Notes: generated by a model not told the origin, from the letters alone. A stretch of DNA of 64,000 bases from an uncultured Anaeroplasmatales bacterium (GCA_964634685.1 CAZWLD010000004.1:12430-76429), one strand, 5' to 3'; shown: positions 8,992 to 20,121, numbered from the stretch's first letter. Program-made: numbers and translations.

Positions 8992-9525
8992 ATGAATCTA
9001 TTAGAAATCAAAAATAGTATGCAAGCAATAGGTATTCGTGATCGAAAAAATTACCAGGAGGATACCTTTGAGGTTGTTAGATATGCATCTCGCGGTGTTG
9101 TCATAAAAAATAATAGGATTCTTTTGACGCAAAGCACTAAATATGGCGATAATAAGATTCCTGGAGGTGGAGTTGAAGATAATGAAGGTCCGATTGAAAC
9201 CTTAATTCGTGAAGTTCATGAGGAAACAGGCTATCGCGTTATCCCCTCTAGCATTAAACCTTTTGGCTATTTTGAGGAAAAAAGAAAGGGCCTCAAGGAG
9301 GATGCCATTTTTCATCAAGTATCCTTCTATTATTTTTGTGATGTTGAAGATAACCCTGATTCCTTGAGTTTAACATCAAGCGAGATTGAGTGTGGATATC
9401 ACCCAATGTGGAAATCTCTTGATGAAGCGATAAAGGAAAATGAAGCTTTGATTGATATTGAATATAGCGGAACCTGGATTTCCCGAGAATTAGAAGTGTT
9501 AAAAGCATTAAAAGCGGCTCAATAA
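8992..9525 (+). CDS. NUDIX hydrolase
   Basis: Nudix box GGGVEDNEGPIETLIREVHEETGY. RBS GGGAGGA. Confidence 0.85.
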   Translation: MNLLEIKNSMQAIGIRDRKNYQEDTFEVVRYASRGVVIKNNRILLTQSTKYGDNKIPGGGVEDNEGPIETLIREVHEETGYRVIPSSIKPFGYFEEKRKGLKEDAIFHQVSFYYFCDVEDNPDSLSLTSSEIECGYHPMWKSLDEAIKENEALIDIEYSGTWISRELEVLKALKAAQ

Positions 9526-9539
9526 TTGAACCGCTTTTA
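9511..9539. terminator. hairpin between convergent genes (AAAGCGG / CCGCTTT)
   Basis: A 7-bp stem with a 13-nt loop spans both stop codons, with a TTTT run on the plus side. Confidence 0.45.
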
Positions 9540-11768
9540 TAGTATTTCCTTATTAAAATGTCCTCTCGTGTTTTCACGCTCGTTAAAGTAATTTGTTTTA
9601 TCACCATTGAGTCTGTTTTTATATTGATTGATGATTCTTTGTGTTTCTTCCTTTGATTCAATTGTGAATTGAAGACGATAAACATTAACAAAAGAAATTT
9701 TTTCTAAATCATCAATTAGATTGAGAGTTTTACTATTAAGAATAGTTGTTGTGCAATCATCATGACTAATAAGAGGAAAGGAGGCAACATCATCTCTTAG
9801 ATAGTATTGTTGATCCTTGCATTTACCGCATAGATTGAATTTTTTTAAAGGACAATATTCGGTAAAGAGAAGATCCTGTCTTCCATAGACAATCATTTCA
9901 AGGTTGGGGTAACCGCCGGTGTTTTTTTGATATTCTTTTATCAAGTCCTTGATTTGTCGATTGTTTATCTCATGAGAAAGGGTTACTCTTTTTACCCCTA
10001 AGCTGTGGAGAAGATTAACGGATTTGGCATTCACAACATTTAATGAAAAGTCAGATACCATTTCTTGTCCCTTGTAATGGTATACTCCACTATATCCTCC
10101 AACTAAAACCTCACCAGTGATTTCTTTGAAATCGACATGGTTTCTTCTTATAACATTATTAAAATAAATGATTTCGATATTGCTTTCCTTGGCGGCCTCA
10201 TATTGCTCGATAGTCGTGCAATAGCATGCAAGCTTAGGCTGATTTATCTTGAAGCTAATAGGAACGTAATTTGGCTTACCTACAATCATTTCACGTTTTT
10301 GAATTCTTTGCTCATTTAGGGCCTTTATTCCCAATCTTCTTAATTCATTGATATCTCTCATATTGATAAATAAATGATCATCTAAATAAATGCTGGCATT
10401 ATTTATTTCATAAGGAGTATCATTTAATTTGGATAGCTGCTTATAAACATTATCCTCGGAGGTTGGATTATTAATGGCTTTCGTAGCGATTCCATATGTG
10501 ACAGTCACATAATAATCTTGATAGGAAATAGATAAGGACAAAGGTTCATTTTCCTTCGCGACGAAGATGATATCAAGAGGAAGACGTCTAAATTCTTTCG
10601 GGTATGATTTTTTCATATTGTTTAGATAATCAATATCCATTGTTTTATAAACAATATCACCAACGCTCGTCTTTTCCTTGAGTTCAATACAGCATAGACC
10701 TTTGGCTTCCTTGATTAGGTTATTGTTTTTGTCAAAAAGCTTTGTTATCGGAAGATTGATTTCACTCCTTGATTGAATCCGAATTTGATCTCCTTGCTTA
10801 AGGGGTAAAAACAATTCAAGGAAGCATTTGTTATTTAATGTTTTAATTACTTTGCCAATTTTGTAGCCATAATTATTGGGCTTTTCGATATTGGTAATAT
10901 TTTTTTTATCTTCATGGAAAAGATAGCCCTTGGTAAAGGTTCGATTAAAGGTTTTCGCAAGATTAAGATTGATCTCATCTATGGCTTCACCATTATTATC
11001 AAGAAGAGCTCGATAATTTTTAACGACACTCGCAACATAGGTAGGCTCCTTCATCCTACCTTCGATTTTTAAGGAATCGGCAATTTTTAATTCGTTTATA
11101 TGTTTAGTTGTATTTAAGTCCTTCATACTAAGAAGATAGCCATTACCAATTTCTTTTGAATTGGTAAGAAGAGTAAATTTTTTTCGACAGCTTCCAACAC
11201 AGCGTCCGCGATTACCGCTTCGTAATCCGATTAATCCACTCATTAAGCAATTACCCGAATAGGAAACACATAAAGCTCCATGCATAAAGAGTTCAAGAGG
11301 CATTTTCGTCTGCTTTTTCATTTTTTGGACTTCATCAATCGGAACCTCGCGCGCTAAGACGACGCGATCAGCCTTTAATTCTTCGAAGAATCTCACTCCA
11401 TCAATATTATCAATTCCTGTTTGCGTAGAAGCATGAGCCTCAAGATTAGGAAAATTATCCTTGATATAAGAAAGAAGAGCTAAATCCTGAACGATTATCG
11501 CATCAACACCCATTTCATTTAGCTTATCTAGGGTTTTATAGGCTAAAGGTAATTCACTTTCATAACAGATGGTATTCATTGTTACATGGACCTTAACATT
11601 TCGCAAATGGGCATAGGAGATAACATCCTCTAAATTATCAATAGTAAAGTTTTCCGCATAGGCGCGAGCGCTAAAGACATTTAATCCTAAATAGACAGCA
11701 TCGCAGCCATTGGAGATTGCGGCTAAAAAAGCTTCATAGCTTCCGGCCGGCGCTAATAATTCACTCAT
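9537..11768 (-). CDS. peptidase U32 family protein (long form)
   Basis: U32 signature ELFMHGALCVSYSGNCLMS. I start the gene at MSELLAPAGS (ATG 11768, GGTGA 7 nt upstream), not at the ORF-track start 11972. Confidence 0.85.
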   Translation of the reverse strand: MSELLAPAGSYEAFLAAISNGCDAVYLGLNVFSARAYAENFTIDNLEDVISYAHLRNVKVHVTMNTICYESELPLAYKTLDKLNEMGVDAIIVQDLALLSYIKDNFPNLEAHASTQTGIDNIDGVRFFEELKADRVVLAREVPIDEVQKMKKQTKMPLELFMHGALCVSYSGNCLMSGLIGLRSGNRGRCVGSCRKKFTLLTNSKEIGNGYLLSMKDLNTTKHINELKIADSLKIEGRMKEPTYVASVVKNYRALLDNNGEAIDEINLNLAKTFNRTFTKGYLFHEDKKNITNIEKPNNYGYKIGKVIKTLNNKCFLELFLPLKQGDQIRIQSRSEINLPITKLFDKNNNLIKEAKGLCCIELKEKTSVGDIVYKTMDIDYLNNMKKSYPKEFRRLPLDIIFVAKENEPLSLSISYQDYYVTVTYGIATKAINNPTSEDNVYKQLSKLNDTPYEINNASIYLDDHLFINMRDINELRRLGIKALNEQRIQKREMIVGKPNYVPISFKINQPKLACYCTTIEQYEAAKESNIEIIYFNNVIRRNHVDFKEITGEVLVGGYSGVYHYKGQEMVSDFSLNVVNAKSVNLLHSLGVKRVTLSHEINNRQIKDLIKEYQKNTGGYPNLEMIVYGRQDLLFTEYCPLKKFNLCGKCKDQQYYLRDDVASFPLISHDDCTTTILNSKTLNLIDDLEKISFVNVYRLQFTIESKEETQRIINQYKNRLNGDKTNYFNERENTRGHFNKEIL

Positions 11769-11854
11769 TTTGACATCACCATTATAATTATACCAAAATT
11801 GACAAATAATAAAAATAGGTCTTGATATCTTTTTTAAGTATGCTATAATAATTA

Positions 11855-11956
11855 GGAATGACAAAGGGAGTAGATTGCATATAATATATGCAGTATAGTC
11901 GTCAACACAAGATTTTTTAATCTTCGGGTATACTTTAAATGTCGAGACTTTGTATG
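11855..11956 (+). promoter_or_regulatory. probable yybP-ykoY (Mn2+) riboswitch in the 5' leader of the CaCA antiporter
   Basis: P1 pairs ACAAAG (11861) with CUUUGU (11948). Also present are the L1-like GGGAGUAG, a hairpin UGCAUAUA/UAUAUGCA, the helix AGUAUA/UAUACU enclosing GUCGUCAA plus a hairpin AAGAUU/AAUCUU, and a 3' GAGAC element. The layout parallels the L. lactis Mn2+ riboswitch as I remember it. Confidence 0.55.
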
Positions 11957-12005
11957 AAAAAATTTTTTTCATATGGGGTCTTTTTATTTTGTTTTGGAGG
12001 TAAAC

Positions 12006-12968
12006 ATGTTAAAAATCTTTTTGAATGTCTTATTTTTGATATTGGGGTTAGGATTTTTAATAAAAGGGGCAGATTGGTTTGTTGGAGGCTCAAGCTCGAT
12101 TGCAAAGAGACTTAAGATTTCACCATTTATTATCGGATTAACGATTGTCTCCTTTGGGACAAGTGCACCAGAATTATCGGTTAGCCTAGCGAGTGCGATT
12201 AATGGTAGTGCCGATATTTCGGTTGGAAATATTATTGGCTCGAATTTATTTAATTTTTTGATGGTTTTAGGCTTCTCCGCAATTTTTGTGCCGATTGCGG
12301 TTGATAAAAGTGTTATCAAAAAGGAATTTCCATTTCTATTAATGACGATGGTTGTTTTGCTTGCCTTCTCCTTTGATGTTTTTTTAGGAGAAAGTTTTAA
12401 TATCATCAGCCGGGGCGAAGGAATTGTTTTAGTTTTGTTGTTGGTATTATACATCGTGATTTTAATTAAGTCAGGAAATAAAGAAGAATTTGTTGAAGAA
12501 ATACCTGCAAATCAACCATTATGGAAGGCAATTCTTTTCTTTGTTGTTGGCTTAGGACTAGTGGTATTTGGCGGTGAATGTGTAACCCAAACCTCCAAAT
12601 TTCTCGCAATGAAAATGGGTATGAGTGAAACCCTAGTTGGTTTAACAATTGTGGCCCTAGGTACATCCTTACCGGAATTGATGACTTCCATAATTGCGGC
12701 TCAAAAGGGTGAAAATGATATTGCCTTAGGCAATGTAATTGGATCAAATATTTTCAATGTTTTGATGATTTTAGGCTTAACTAGTATTATTACACCGCTT
12801 GCGATTAACAATCTTGTTTTAATTGATATGGTTATTATGATGATTGTAGGTATCATTGTCTACATTTTTGCCGCAACCAAAAAGGGAATCTCAAGACTAG
12901 AGGGGGCCATTTTGATTTTGATTTATGTTGGATATGTAACCTATATTGTTTTACGAAATTATCTATAA
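12006..12968 (+). CDS. Ca2+/Na+ (CaCA, YrbG-type) antiporter
   Basis: Two alpha-repeat motifs, GTSAPEL and GTSLPEL, in about 10 TM segments. ATG 12006 is preceded by GGAGG. Confidence 0.85.
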   Translation: MLKIFLNVLFLILGLGFLIKGADWFVGGSSSIAKRLKISPFIIGLTIVSFGTSAPELSVSLASAINGSADISVGNIIGSNLFNFLMVLGFSAIFVPIAVDKSVIKKEFPFLLMTMVVLLAFSFDVFLGESFNIISRGEGIVLVLLLVLYIVILIKSGNKEEFVEEIPANQPLWKAILFFVVGLGLVVFGGECVTQTSKFLAMKMGMSETLVGLTIVALGTSLPELMTSIIAAQKGENDIALGNVIGSNIFNVLMILGLTSIITPLAINNLVLIDMVIMMIVGIIVYIFAATKKGISRLEGAILILIYVGYVTYIVLRNYL

Positions 12969-12970
12969 AT

Positions 12971-13002
12971 GAGGTTGGAAAAATTTTTCCAACTCTTTTT
13001 TC
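12971..13002 (+). terminator. rho-independent terminator
   Basis: GTTGGAA...TTCCAAC stem followed by a T-run. Confidence 0.7.
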
Positions 13003-13085
13003 TTTGTAAACGCATTCTTTCTTGTATTATTAGCTATCTTGTTATATTATATATATAGCACATACAAAACGAGGAGGTTTTTTTG

Positions 13086-15488
13086 ATGAACTATAATCAT
13101 TTAGAAATAGAAAAGAAATGGCAAAAATATTGGGAAGAGCATCAAACCTTTTACACTGATGTTTGGGATTTTTCAAAGCCGAAATTTTATTCAATCGATA
13201 TGTTCCCATATCCTTCCGGTCAAGGACTTCATGTTGGTCATCCAGAAGGCTATACTGCTTCTGATATCATTTGTCGAAAGAAAAGAATGGAAGGATATAA
13301 TGTTCTTCATCCGATGGGATGGGATGCCTTTGGACTTCCAGCTGAGCAATATGCAATAACGACCGGAAATCATCCTGATGGATTTACGAAAAAGAATATC
13401 GATACATTCACTCGCCAGTTAAAGATGTTAGGCTTCTCTTTTGATTGGAGTAAAGAAATTTCTACCTGCGATCCAAAATATTATAAATGGACGCAATGGA
13501 TTTTTAAGCAATTATATAACGATGGCTTGGCTAAGCAAATTGATATGCCAGTTAACTGGTGTGAGGAATTAGGAACTGTTTTGGCCAATGATGAGGTTAT
13601 CGATGGAAAAAGTGAGCGTGGAGGCTATCCGGTTGAAAGAAAGAATATGAAGCAATGGGTATTAGATATTCCGGCCTATGCTGAACGTCTATTAGCTGGT
13701 CTTGATGACTTAGACTGGCCAGAATCAACGAAGGAAATGCAAAGAAATTGGATTGGAAAATCGGTCGGAGCCCATGTTAATTTTAAGGTTAATGGAACTG
13801 ATGATTCCTTTACTGTCTTTACAACACGCTGTGATACCTTATTTGGCGCAACCTATTGTGTTTTAGCTCCAGAGCATAGGTTAGTTGATAAAATAACAAC
13901 TGATGAATGCCGTGAAAATGTTTTAGCGTATAAAAAGGTTTGCGCAACCAAATCTGATTTAGAGCGCACCGAGCTAAACAAAGAAAAAACGGGAGCCTTT
14001 ACAGGAGCCTATGCTGTTAATCCGGTTAACGGAAAGCTGATTCCGATTTGGATTAGCGATTATGTTTTAGCTAGCTATGGTACCGGCGCCATTATGGCTG
14101 TTCCAGCTCATGATTCGCGTGATTATGCTTTTGCTAAAAAATTTAATCTTGAAATTATTCCGGTTCTCGAGGGTGGAAATATTGAAGAGGAGGCCTTTGA
14201 GGATGATGGAATCCATATCAATTCTGGTTTCCTTAACGGTTTAGGCAAACAAGAGGCTATCGATAAAATGATTGAATTCTTGGAAGAAAATAAAATTGGT
14301 AAGAAAAAGATTAGCTATCGCTTAAGAGAATGGATTTTTGCTCGTCAAAGATATTGGGGAGAGCCAATTCCGGTTATTCATTTTGATGATCATGATGAGG
14401 CTCTAGATGATGATGAGCTTCCGCTTGTTTTACCAGTTTTAGATGATTATAAGCCTAAAAAATCAGGCTCTGCACCACTTGAAAATGCCAGCGATTGGGT
14501 TAATGTTTGTAAAAACGGTCAAAAGGGAAGAAGAGAAACGAATACGATGCCAGGTTCTGCAGGTTCAAGCTGGTATTTCCTAAGATATATTGACCCAAAT
14601 AATGATGAATGTTTGGCTGATAAGAAATTACTTGAGCATTGGATGCCTGTTGATTTATATATCGGTGGACCTGAGCATGCGGTCGGACATTTGTTGTATT
14701 CCCGCTTCTGGACAAATTATTTATATGATAAGGGCGTTGTTCCGGTTAAGGAGCCTTTCCAAAAATTGTTCCATCAAGGAATGATTTTAGGAGAAAACAA
14801 TGAGAAGATGAGTAAATCTCGCGGTAATGTTATTAATCCTGATGATGTGGTAAGAGAATATGGTGCCGATACCCTACGTTTATATGAAATGTTTATGGGA
14901 CCACTTGAGGCTTCGTTGCCTTGGTCTTCAAAGGGCTTAGAAGGATCACGTAAATTTCTTGATCGTGTTTTCCGTTTCATAACTAACGAGGAATATACAA
15001 ATAAATTTACATCTGAATATGATTCATCATTAGAAATTATTTATAATCAAACGGTTAAAAAGGTCACAAATGATTTTGATTCCTTGAATTTTAATACGGC
15101 TATTTCCCAAATGATGATTTTTATGAATGAGGCTTATAAGGCTGATAAGGTATATATAGGCTTTGTGGAGGGCTTTGTAAAAATGTTATCCTGTATAACT
15201 CCGCATCTTGGTGAGGAATTATGGCAAATTTTAGGTCATGATAATACGATCGCCTTTGAGCCTTGGCCAACCTATGATGAGGCGAAGACGGTCTTAAATG
15301 AAGTCACAATTGTTGTTCAGGTTAATGGAAAGGTCCGCGATAAATTAATTGTTCCGATGAACTCGAGCGCTGATACAATTAAGGAATTAGCTCACAAATC
15401 AGAAAGAATTATGGCTTATACTGCTGGCAAAGAAATTGTTAAAGAAATTGTTGTGCCAAATAAGCTATACAATATTGTTGTTAAGTGA
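13086..15488 (+). CDS. leuS: leucine--tRNA ligase
   Basis: HIGH motif (HVGHP), KMSKS motif and a full-length class I LeuS pattern. RBS GAGGAGG lies 8 nt before ATG 13086. Confidence 0.97.
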   Translation: MNYNHLEIEKKWQKYWEEHQTFYTDVWDFSKPKFYSIDMFPYPSGQGLHVGHPEGYTASDIICRKKRMEGYNVLHPMGWDAFGLPAEQYAITTGNHPDGFTKKNIDTFTRQLKMLGFSFDWSKEISTCDPKYYKWTQWIFKQLYNDGLAKQIDMPVNWCEELGTVLANDEVIDGKSERGGYPVERKNMKQWVLDIPAYAERLLAGLDDLDWPESTKEMQRNWIGKSVGAHVNFKVNGTDDSFTVFTTRCDTLFGATYCVLAPEHRLVDKITTDECRENVLAYKKVCATKSDLERTELNKEKTGAFTGAYAVNPVNGKLIPIWISDYVLASYGTGAIMAVPAHDSRDYAFAKKFNLEIIPVLEGGNIEEEAFEDDGIHINSGFLNGLGKQEAIDKMIEFLEENKIGKKKISYRLREWIFARQRYWGEPIPVIHFDDHDEALDDDELPLVLPVLDDYKPKKSGSAPLENASDWVNVCKNGQKGRRETNTMPGSAGSSWYFLRYIDPNNDECLADKKLLEHWMPVDLYIGGPEHAVGHLLYSRFWTNYLYDKGVVPVKEPFQKLFHQGMILGENNEKMSKSRGNVINPDDVVREYGADTLRLYEMFMGPLEASLPWSSKGLEGSRKFLDRVFRFITNEEYTNKFTSEYDSSLEIIYNQTVKKVTNDFDSLNFNTAISQMMIFMNEAYKADKVYIGFVEGFVKMLSCITPHLGEELWQILGHDNTIAFEPWPTYDEAKTVLNEVTIVVQVNGKVRDKLIVPMNSSADTIKELAHKSERIMAYTAGKEIVKEIVVPNKLYNIVVK

Positions 15489-16312
15489 AGCTAGCTACTT
15501 TAGGACCTATCGGAACGTATGCTTCAATTGCGGCAAATATATATGATTATGATATAGAAAAGCTTTATTTTCGCTCGATTAATGAGGTTTTCAAGGCTGT
15601 TAATGAGGATATCTATGCGATAATTCCTTATGAAAATAGCCTTGATGGCTTCGTTCAACAAAGTATGGATTTACTAATAAATGATCGATTTCAAATAATT
15701 GATGAGCTATATTTACCAGTAACCTTTTCGGTTGTGGGAAATGTCAATAAGAAAGAGGAAATCAAAAGAATTTTTGTTCAATTTAAGGCTAAGGGTCAGT
15801 GTCTAAATTTTATTAATCAATTTCCAGATGCCGCAATAATGAATACCGAAAGTAATATGATTTCCTTAGAGGAAGTAAAAAAGGGCATTCATGGTGATGT
15901 GGCGATTATTCCAACCCATTCCTACGAAGATACCTTTCCCTTTGGCATTAAGGATGTCACAGACGCAAAAAATAATCAAACAAGATTTTTAGTTATTAAG
16001 CAAAGGGATAAAATTGAGCTTCAAAAGGAAGGGCATATTAAGGCAACAATTGTGGTTACGGCGATTAATGACCGCCCAGGAATGCTTTATGATATTTTAG
16101 GCTGCTTTTATCAAAAGAGCATCAATTTAGTTTCGATTGTCTCTCGCCCGACGAAAAGTGAGATTGGCAAATATCATTTCTTTATTGAAATTGCCTTTGA
16201 TAATAATATTCATATGATTGAAGAAGCAATTGAAGAAATAAAAAAGAACAATGATTTAAAAATCATCGTTCTAGGAATCTATGAAAATAAAGATCAAAAT
16301 CACTCAAATTAA
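15485..16312 (+). CDS. pheA: prephenate dehydratase with a C-terminal ACT domain
   Basis: The GTG start overlaps the leuS stop (GTGA). PDT motifs NQTRFLVI and SRPTKS are present, with an ACT-like tail. Confidence 0.85.
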   Translation: MKLATLGPIGTYASIAANIYDYDIEKLYFRSINEVFKAVNEDIYAIIPYENSLDGFVQQSMDLLINDRFQIIDELYLPVTFSVVGNVNKKEEIKRIFVQFKAKGQCLNFINQFPDAAIMNTESNMISLEEVKKGIHGDVAIIPTHSYEDTFPFGIKDVTDAKNNQTRFLVIKQRDKIELQKEGHIKATIVVTAINDRPGMLYDILGCFYQKSINLVSIVSRPTKSEIGKYHFFIEIAFDNNIHMIEEAIEEIKKNNDLKIIVLGIYENKDQNHSN

Positions 16313-16333
16313 GTCAACGCAAGTTGGCTTTTA
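16313..16333 (+). terminator. short hairpin plus T-run between convergent pheA and ktrA
   Basis: GTCAAC-gcaa-GTTGGC (one G-U pair) followed by TTTT. Confidence 0.45.
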
Positions 16334-16987
16334 TTTATTTAAATAGTTTTCGAATTTACGTAGATTATTATCCTTACCAATAACTAAGATGATATCGCCG
16401 GGTTTGACTAAATCGGTACCCTTAGGGATAAAGCTCTTTTTATCTCTTACAATCAAAACAACATTGACATCAAAACGATTTCGACTATTTAAATCTACTA
16501 AAGTTATTGGCGGGAAATCTTCTTTAATAAGCATTTGGACAACGTTATGATCATCGCTAATTTTGAAGTAATCGACAAAGCTATCCGAAATAATACTGCG
16601 GGCTAGACGGTTTCCTCCAGCCTTTTCTGGATAGACAATTGAGGTTGCGCCGAGCTTTAGAATGGTTTTCTCATAATAATCATTGTCGAGACGAACTGTT
16701 ATTTTTTTGACACCCAATTCATTTAGAATGGCTGTCGTTAGGATGGTTGCTTGTAAATTGGAACCAATTGCGACAACGGCATGGGTTACATTAGCAATTC
16801 CAAGCTCCTTTAAATTTACTTCATTTGTCGAGTCCGTCACAACCGCATAGCTTACAAATTTGCTTGCCCTTTCAACCGCATGACTATCGGAGTCAATGGC
16901 GATGACATCAGCTCCCATTTTGCTTAATTCTTCAACGATACCTAAACCAAATCGGCCTAAGCCAATAACGGCAAAACTCTTTTTCAT
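16331..16987 (-). CDS. ktrA: K+ uptake regulatory subunit KtrA/TrkA (RCK domain)
   Basis: Rossmann motif IGLGRFG and an RCK_C tail. ATG 16987 is preceded by AGGTG and lies directly after the ktrB stop. Confidence 0.85.
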   Translation of the reverse strand: MKKSFAVIGLGRFGLGIVEELSKMGADVIAIDSDSHAVERASKFVSYAVVTDSTNEVNLKELGIANVTHAVVAIGSNLQATILTTAILNELGVKKITVRLDNDYYEKTILKLGATSIVYPEKAGGNRLARSIISDSFVDYFKISDDHNVVQMLIKEDFPPITLVDLNSRNRFDVNVVLIVRDKKSFIPKGTDLVKPGDIILVIGKDNNLRKFENYLNK

Positions 16988-16996
16988 GAATAACAC

Positions 16997-18292
16997 CTAC
17001 CCAATCATAATTTTTTCTTCAACATATTTAATACTGTCCTCAGTATCCTTGTTCCATCTCGTATTGAATAATGAGGCAATTGTAAGAGGTCCTAAACGAC
17101 CAAAGAACATACCGACACAGAGGACTAATTTACAAATTACATTTAATTCGCTTGTTATACCTAAGGATAAACCGACAGTAGCAAAGGCACTAAAGCATTC
17201 AAACGTTACTTGTTTGATATTGAAATCACTAAAGCATAAGATCATAAAAGCCATAAAGATGATAAATGATGCCGAGAGGGCCACAACCCAAAAGGCTTTT
17301 AAGACATATTTATCTGAAATTTTTCTTTTAAAGGCAATACAAGGCTTTCCGGTCGCAAAGCTGTAGATTGATAAAACAATTACAAAGAGCGTTGTTGTTT
17401 TGATTCCCCCACCGGTTGATACAGGAGAACATCCGATAAACATGAAGACATCCATTAATAAAATGGTTGAATCATTTAGCGAATTCAAATCAACCGTATT
17501 GAAGCCTGCCGTCCTGACCGAGACGGCTTGAAAGAACGAATCAAGCCAAGATAAGGATGGTGATGTCAATTTAAATAGTAATGTTCCAATAACTAAGAGG
17601 ATAAAGGTTGTGATCACAACAATCTTTGTATGAATAGAGAAATGATGATTTTTTCGGAAATTGACAATATCAAGAATAACGACAAAGCCAATTCCTCCTA
17701 AAATAATCAAAAAAGCGGTATTAAGTAATAATAAGACATTAGTTTGATATGGGACAAGTGATTCACCACTTAGAATATCAAAGCCGGCATTATTGAATGA
17801 TGATATTGAGTGAAAAACACTAATTCCCAAGCCTTTCCAAAAGCCGAGCTTAGGGCAAAAAACAAACATATTGATGATGGCCCCAAAAACCTCAATAACC
17901 AAGCTGATTAAAAAGATAGTTTTAACGAGGCGCACGAGCCCAGAAAGACTGTTTTGATTTAAGGATTCTTTAATTAAAACACGTTCCTTAACGCCAAATT
18001 GAAATCCGAGCATTGATAGAAAGAAGATTCCAATTGTAACTAATCCTAAACCACCTGCTTGGATTAAAATCATTAAAACTATTTTTCCAAAAGGCGTCAG
18101 GGTGGTAGTAACATCAATAGTTGATAATCCAGTAACACAAATCGCACTCGTTGAGATAAAAAATGCATCAACGTAGTCTAAATGTGCCCCTTTTCGAACG
18201 GAGATAGGTAATACTAGCAAAATTGATCCTAATAGGATTACGGATAAAAAGGCGATAAGTATTACCAAATATGGCGAGATTTTTTTCGACAT
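16997..18292 (-). CDS. ktrB: K+ transporter KtrB/TrkH family membrane subunit
   Basis: Four pore-loop glycine motifs (CVTGLS, NNAGFD, RTAGFN, TGGGIKT) in a multi-TM protein. Confidence 0.85.
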   Translation of the reverse strand: MSKKISPYLVILIAFLSVILLGSILLVLPISVRKGAHLDYVDAFFISTSAICVTGLSTIDVTTTLTPFGKIVLMILIQAGGLGLVTIGIFFLSMLGFQFGVKERVLIKESLNQNSLSGLVRLVKTIFLISLVIEVFGAIINMFVFCPKLGFWKGLGISVFHSISSFNNAGFDILSGESLVPYQTNVLLLLNTAFLIILGGIGFVVILDIVNFRKNHHFSIHTKIVVITTFILLVIGTLLFKLTSPSLSWLDSFFQAVSVRTAGFNTVDLNSLNDSTILLMDVFMFIGCSPVSTGGGIKTTTLFVIVLSIYSFATGKPCIAFKRKISDKYVLKAFWVVALSASFIIFMAFMILCFSDFNIKQVTFECFSAFATVGLSLGITSELNVICKLVLCVGMFFGRLGPLTIASLFNTRWNKDTEDSIKYVEEKIMIG

Positions 18293-18410
18293 CTTGGTTC
18301 CTCCTTTGTTGTACTCATCTATTATATCATATTAATATCTATTATTAAAGAGATTTTATTTTGAAACTCATTAAACTTATGGTATAATTGTAAGATGAGG
18401 ATTGATAATT

Positions 18411-19022
18411 ATGGACTATAATAAAGAAATGGAAATGATAATTGAAAAATTACAGACAAAGCCTAAATTGCTATTACATAGCTGTTGTGCTCCTTGTAGT
18501 AGTCATTGTCTTTTATTGTTAGCCCCATTTTTTGAAATAACAGTTTTTTATTTTAATCCTAATATTTCTCCCTTTGAAGAATATGAAAAAAGGGTTATTG
18601 AACAAAAAAGATTTATCGATGAAATAAATAAAGAATTTGGGTATAATATTTCATATGTTGATAGCCCTTATGATAGTATTCCCTTTTATAATAAAATAAA
18701 AGGTCAAGAGGGATTAAAAGAGGGTCAGGCGCGCTGTTATAATTGTTATTATTTGCGCTTAGAGGAAACTGCAAAATATGCTAAAGAAAATCAATTTGAT
18801 TATTTTTGCACGACCTTATCGGTTTCGCCATATAAAAATTCTAATTGGATTAATGAAATCGGAAAAGAGTTAGAAAAGAAATATAATATTTTATTCTTAC
18901 CATCGGATTTTAAGAAAAAGGAAGGCTATAAGCATTCAATTGCTTTATCTAAACAATATAATTTATATCGCCAACATTATTGTGGATGCGAGTTTTCAAG
19001 GAGAGATTTCAATGAAAAATAA
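18411..19022 (+). CDS. queH: epoxyqueuosine reductase QueH (DUF208)
   Basis: The QueH cysteine motifs HSCCAPCS and HYCGCEFS are present. Confidence 0.85.
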   Translation: MDYNKEMEMIIEKLQTKPKLLLHSCCAPCSSHCLLLLAPFFEITVFYFNPNISPFEEYEKRVIEQKRFIDEINKEFGYNISYVDSPYDSIPFYNKIKGQEGLKEGQARCYNCYYLRLEETAKYAKENQFDYFCTTLSVSPYKNSNWINEIGKELEKKYNILFLPSDFKKKEGYKHSIALSKQYNLYRQHYCGCEFSRRDFNEK

Positions 19023-20121
19023 AATTATCAAAAAACAATTATCCTTTGATTTATATTTTTATGGATTTGTGATGTTTGTTTGTATATCAGTTATTGCTTG
19101 TGGATTTAAGCTAGAATCAAATCTATTGATTTTTTTGTTTTTTGGTATATTAGTTATTTATACCCTTTTGTTTTCCTTTTCTTTAGTTAAATATTTATTT
19201 TGTTATGGTGATTTAACCAAAAATGAATTTACAGATTATTTCAAAAATATTGATTTATTCACTAAAGAATATGTTGAAAAAAAGAAAAAAACAGATACTA
19301 TTTTAAAAAAGGTTTTTGATTGGAGCTTAATTGGAATATGCTTTGTTTGTGCTCTTTTTATCCTAATAGGTTCATTTTTTGACCAAATGGTTTTGGCATT
19401 AGTTTACCCGGGATGGTTTTGTTCATTGTTAGTTATTTTCTTTATTGTAATGATGATTATGAAGCATATTGATCATTCAAATGATTTTTTATATAAGCTT
19501 AAATATTGCTTCATAAGAATAACAAATGATTCGATATATTACCAAGGAAATGTTTATTTGATTAATCGCTTAGGCTTTAAATATCAGGATGGTGTTATTT
19601 CTTTTTTAGGGTTAAAGCTTGCGACCATTGATTTTGATGCTTTAACGAAGGTTGAACCAGAAATTGAATATTTAGTAAGTGCTTGTTTAGTTGGAAATAA
19701 TGTCAAATATGATGGTGGAAATAATTTACGGGAGCCAATTAAGGCTTTATTTCAAGAAGGAAAGGCTATTACTATTTGTCCAGAGGTTATGGGAGGAAGA
19801 ACAATTCCTCGTAAAACTTCAGAAAAAAATGGTGAGATTGTTATCGAAGAGGATGGAACGGATGTGACTAACCAATTTATTAGGGGTGCAGAATTAGCTT
19901 TAGAAAAGGCTGTTTTATATAATGTAAATAAAGCCATTTTAAAAGCGAAGAGTCCATCGTGTGGAGTGAATCAAATTTATGATGGAACCTTCTCGCATAC
20001 ATTGACATCAGGTGATGGTATTACGACGGAATTATTAAAGAAAAATGGAATTTTTTGTATGACGGATATTGAATACTTAGAATCCATTAAAGGGGAAGAT
20101 AACGATGGAGAAGAAAGTTAA
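19012..20121 (+). CDS. membrane-anchored DUF523 (TudS-like) protein
   Basis: ATG 19012 follows AGGAGAG and overlaps the queH end. The N-terminal ~210 aa contain four hydrophobic helices. The C-terminal part carries DUF523 motifs SACLVG..VKYDGG, CPEVMGG and SPSCG. Confidence 0.7.
   Translation: MKNKIIKKQLSFDLYFYGFVMFVCISVIACGFKLESNLLIFLFFGILVIYTLLFSFSLVKYLFCYGDLTKNEFTDYFKNIDLFTKEYVEKKKKTDTILKKVFDWSLIGICFVCALFILIGSFFDQMVLALVYPGWFCSLLVIFFIVMMIMKHIDHSNDFLYKLKYCFIRITNDSIYYQGNVYLINRLGFKYQDGVISFLGLKLATIDFDALTKVEPEIEYLVSACLVGNNVKYDGGNNLREPIKALFQEGKAITICPEVMGGRTIPRKTSEKNGEIVIEEDGTDVTNQFIRGAELALEKAVLYNVNKAILKAKSPSCGVNQIYDGTFSHTLTSGDGITTELLKKNGIFCMTDIEYLESIKGEDNDGEES

Noticed and set aside
11769-11972. 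A 68-codon N-terminal extension of the U32 peptidase ORF (ORF-track start at 11972).
   Set aside because: The extension is hydrophobic, low-complexity sequence with no RBS. It overlaps the divergent promoter and the riboswitch-like leader. The conserved U32 N-terminus (MSELLAPAGS) starts at 11768 with its own GGTGA.
12969-13085. Expected a T-box leader upstream of leuS.
   Set aside because: Only about 115 nt are available, and they hold a terminator and promoter-like sequence. I found no specifier-loop or T-box (AGGGUGGNACCGCG-like) sequence.
11984-17366. Shadow ORFs opposite membrane-protein genes (11984..12454 -, 12466..12747 -, 16896..17366 +).
   Set aside because: They lie antisense to strongly supported CaCA and KtrA/KtrB genes. 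Such artefacts are typical of AT-rich hydrophobic coding regions.
18293-18410. Possible c-di-AMP (ydaO-type) riboswitch upstream of ktrB.
   Set aside because: The leader is short and almost entirely A/T, with no conserved ydaO-like helices.
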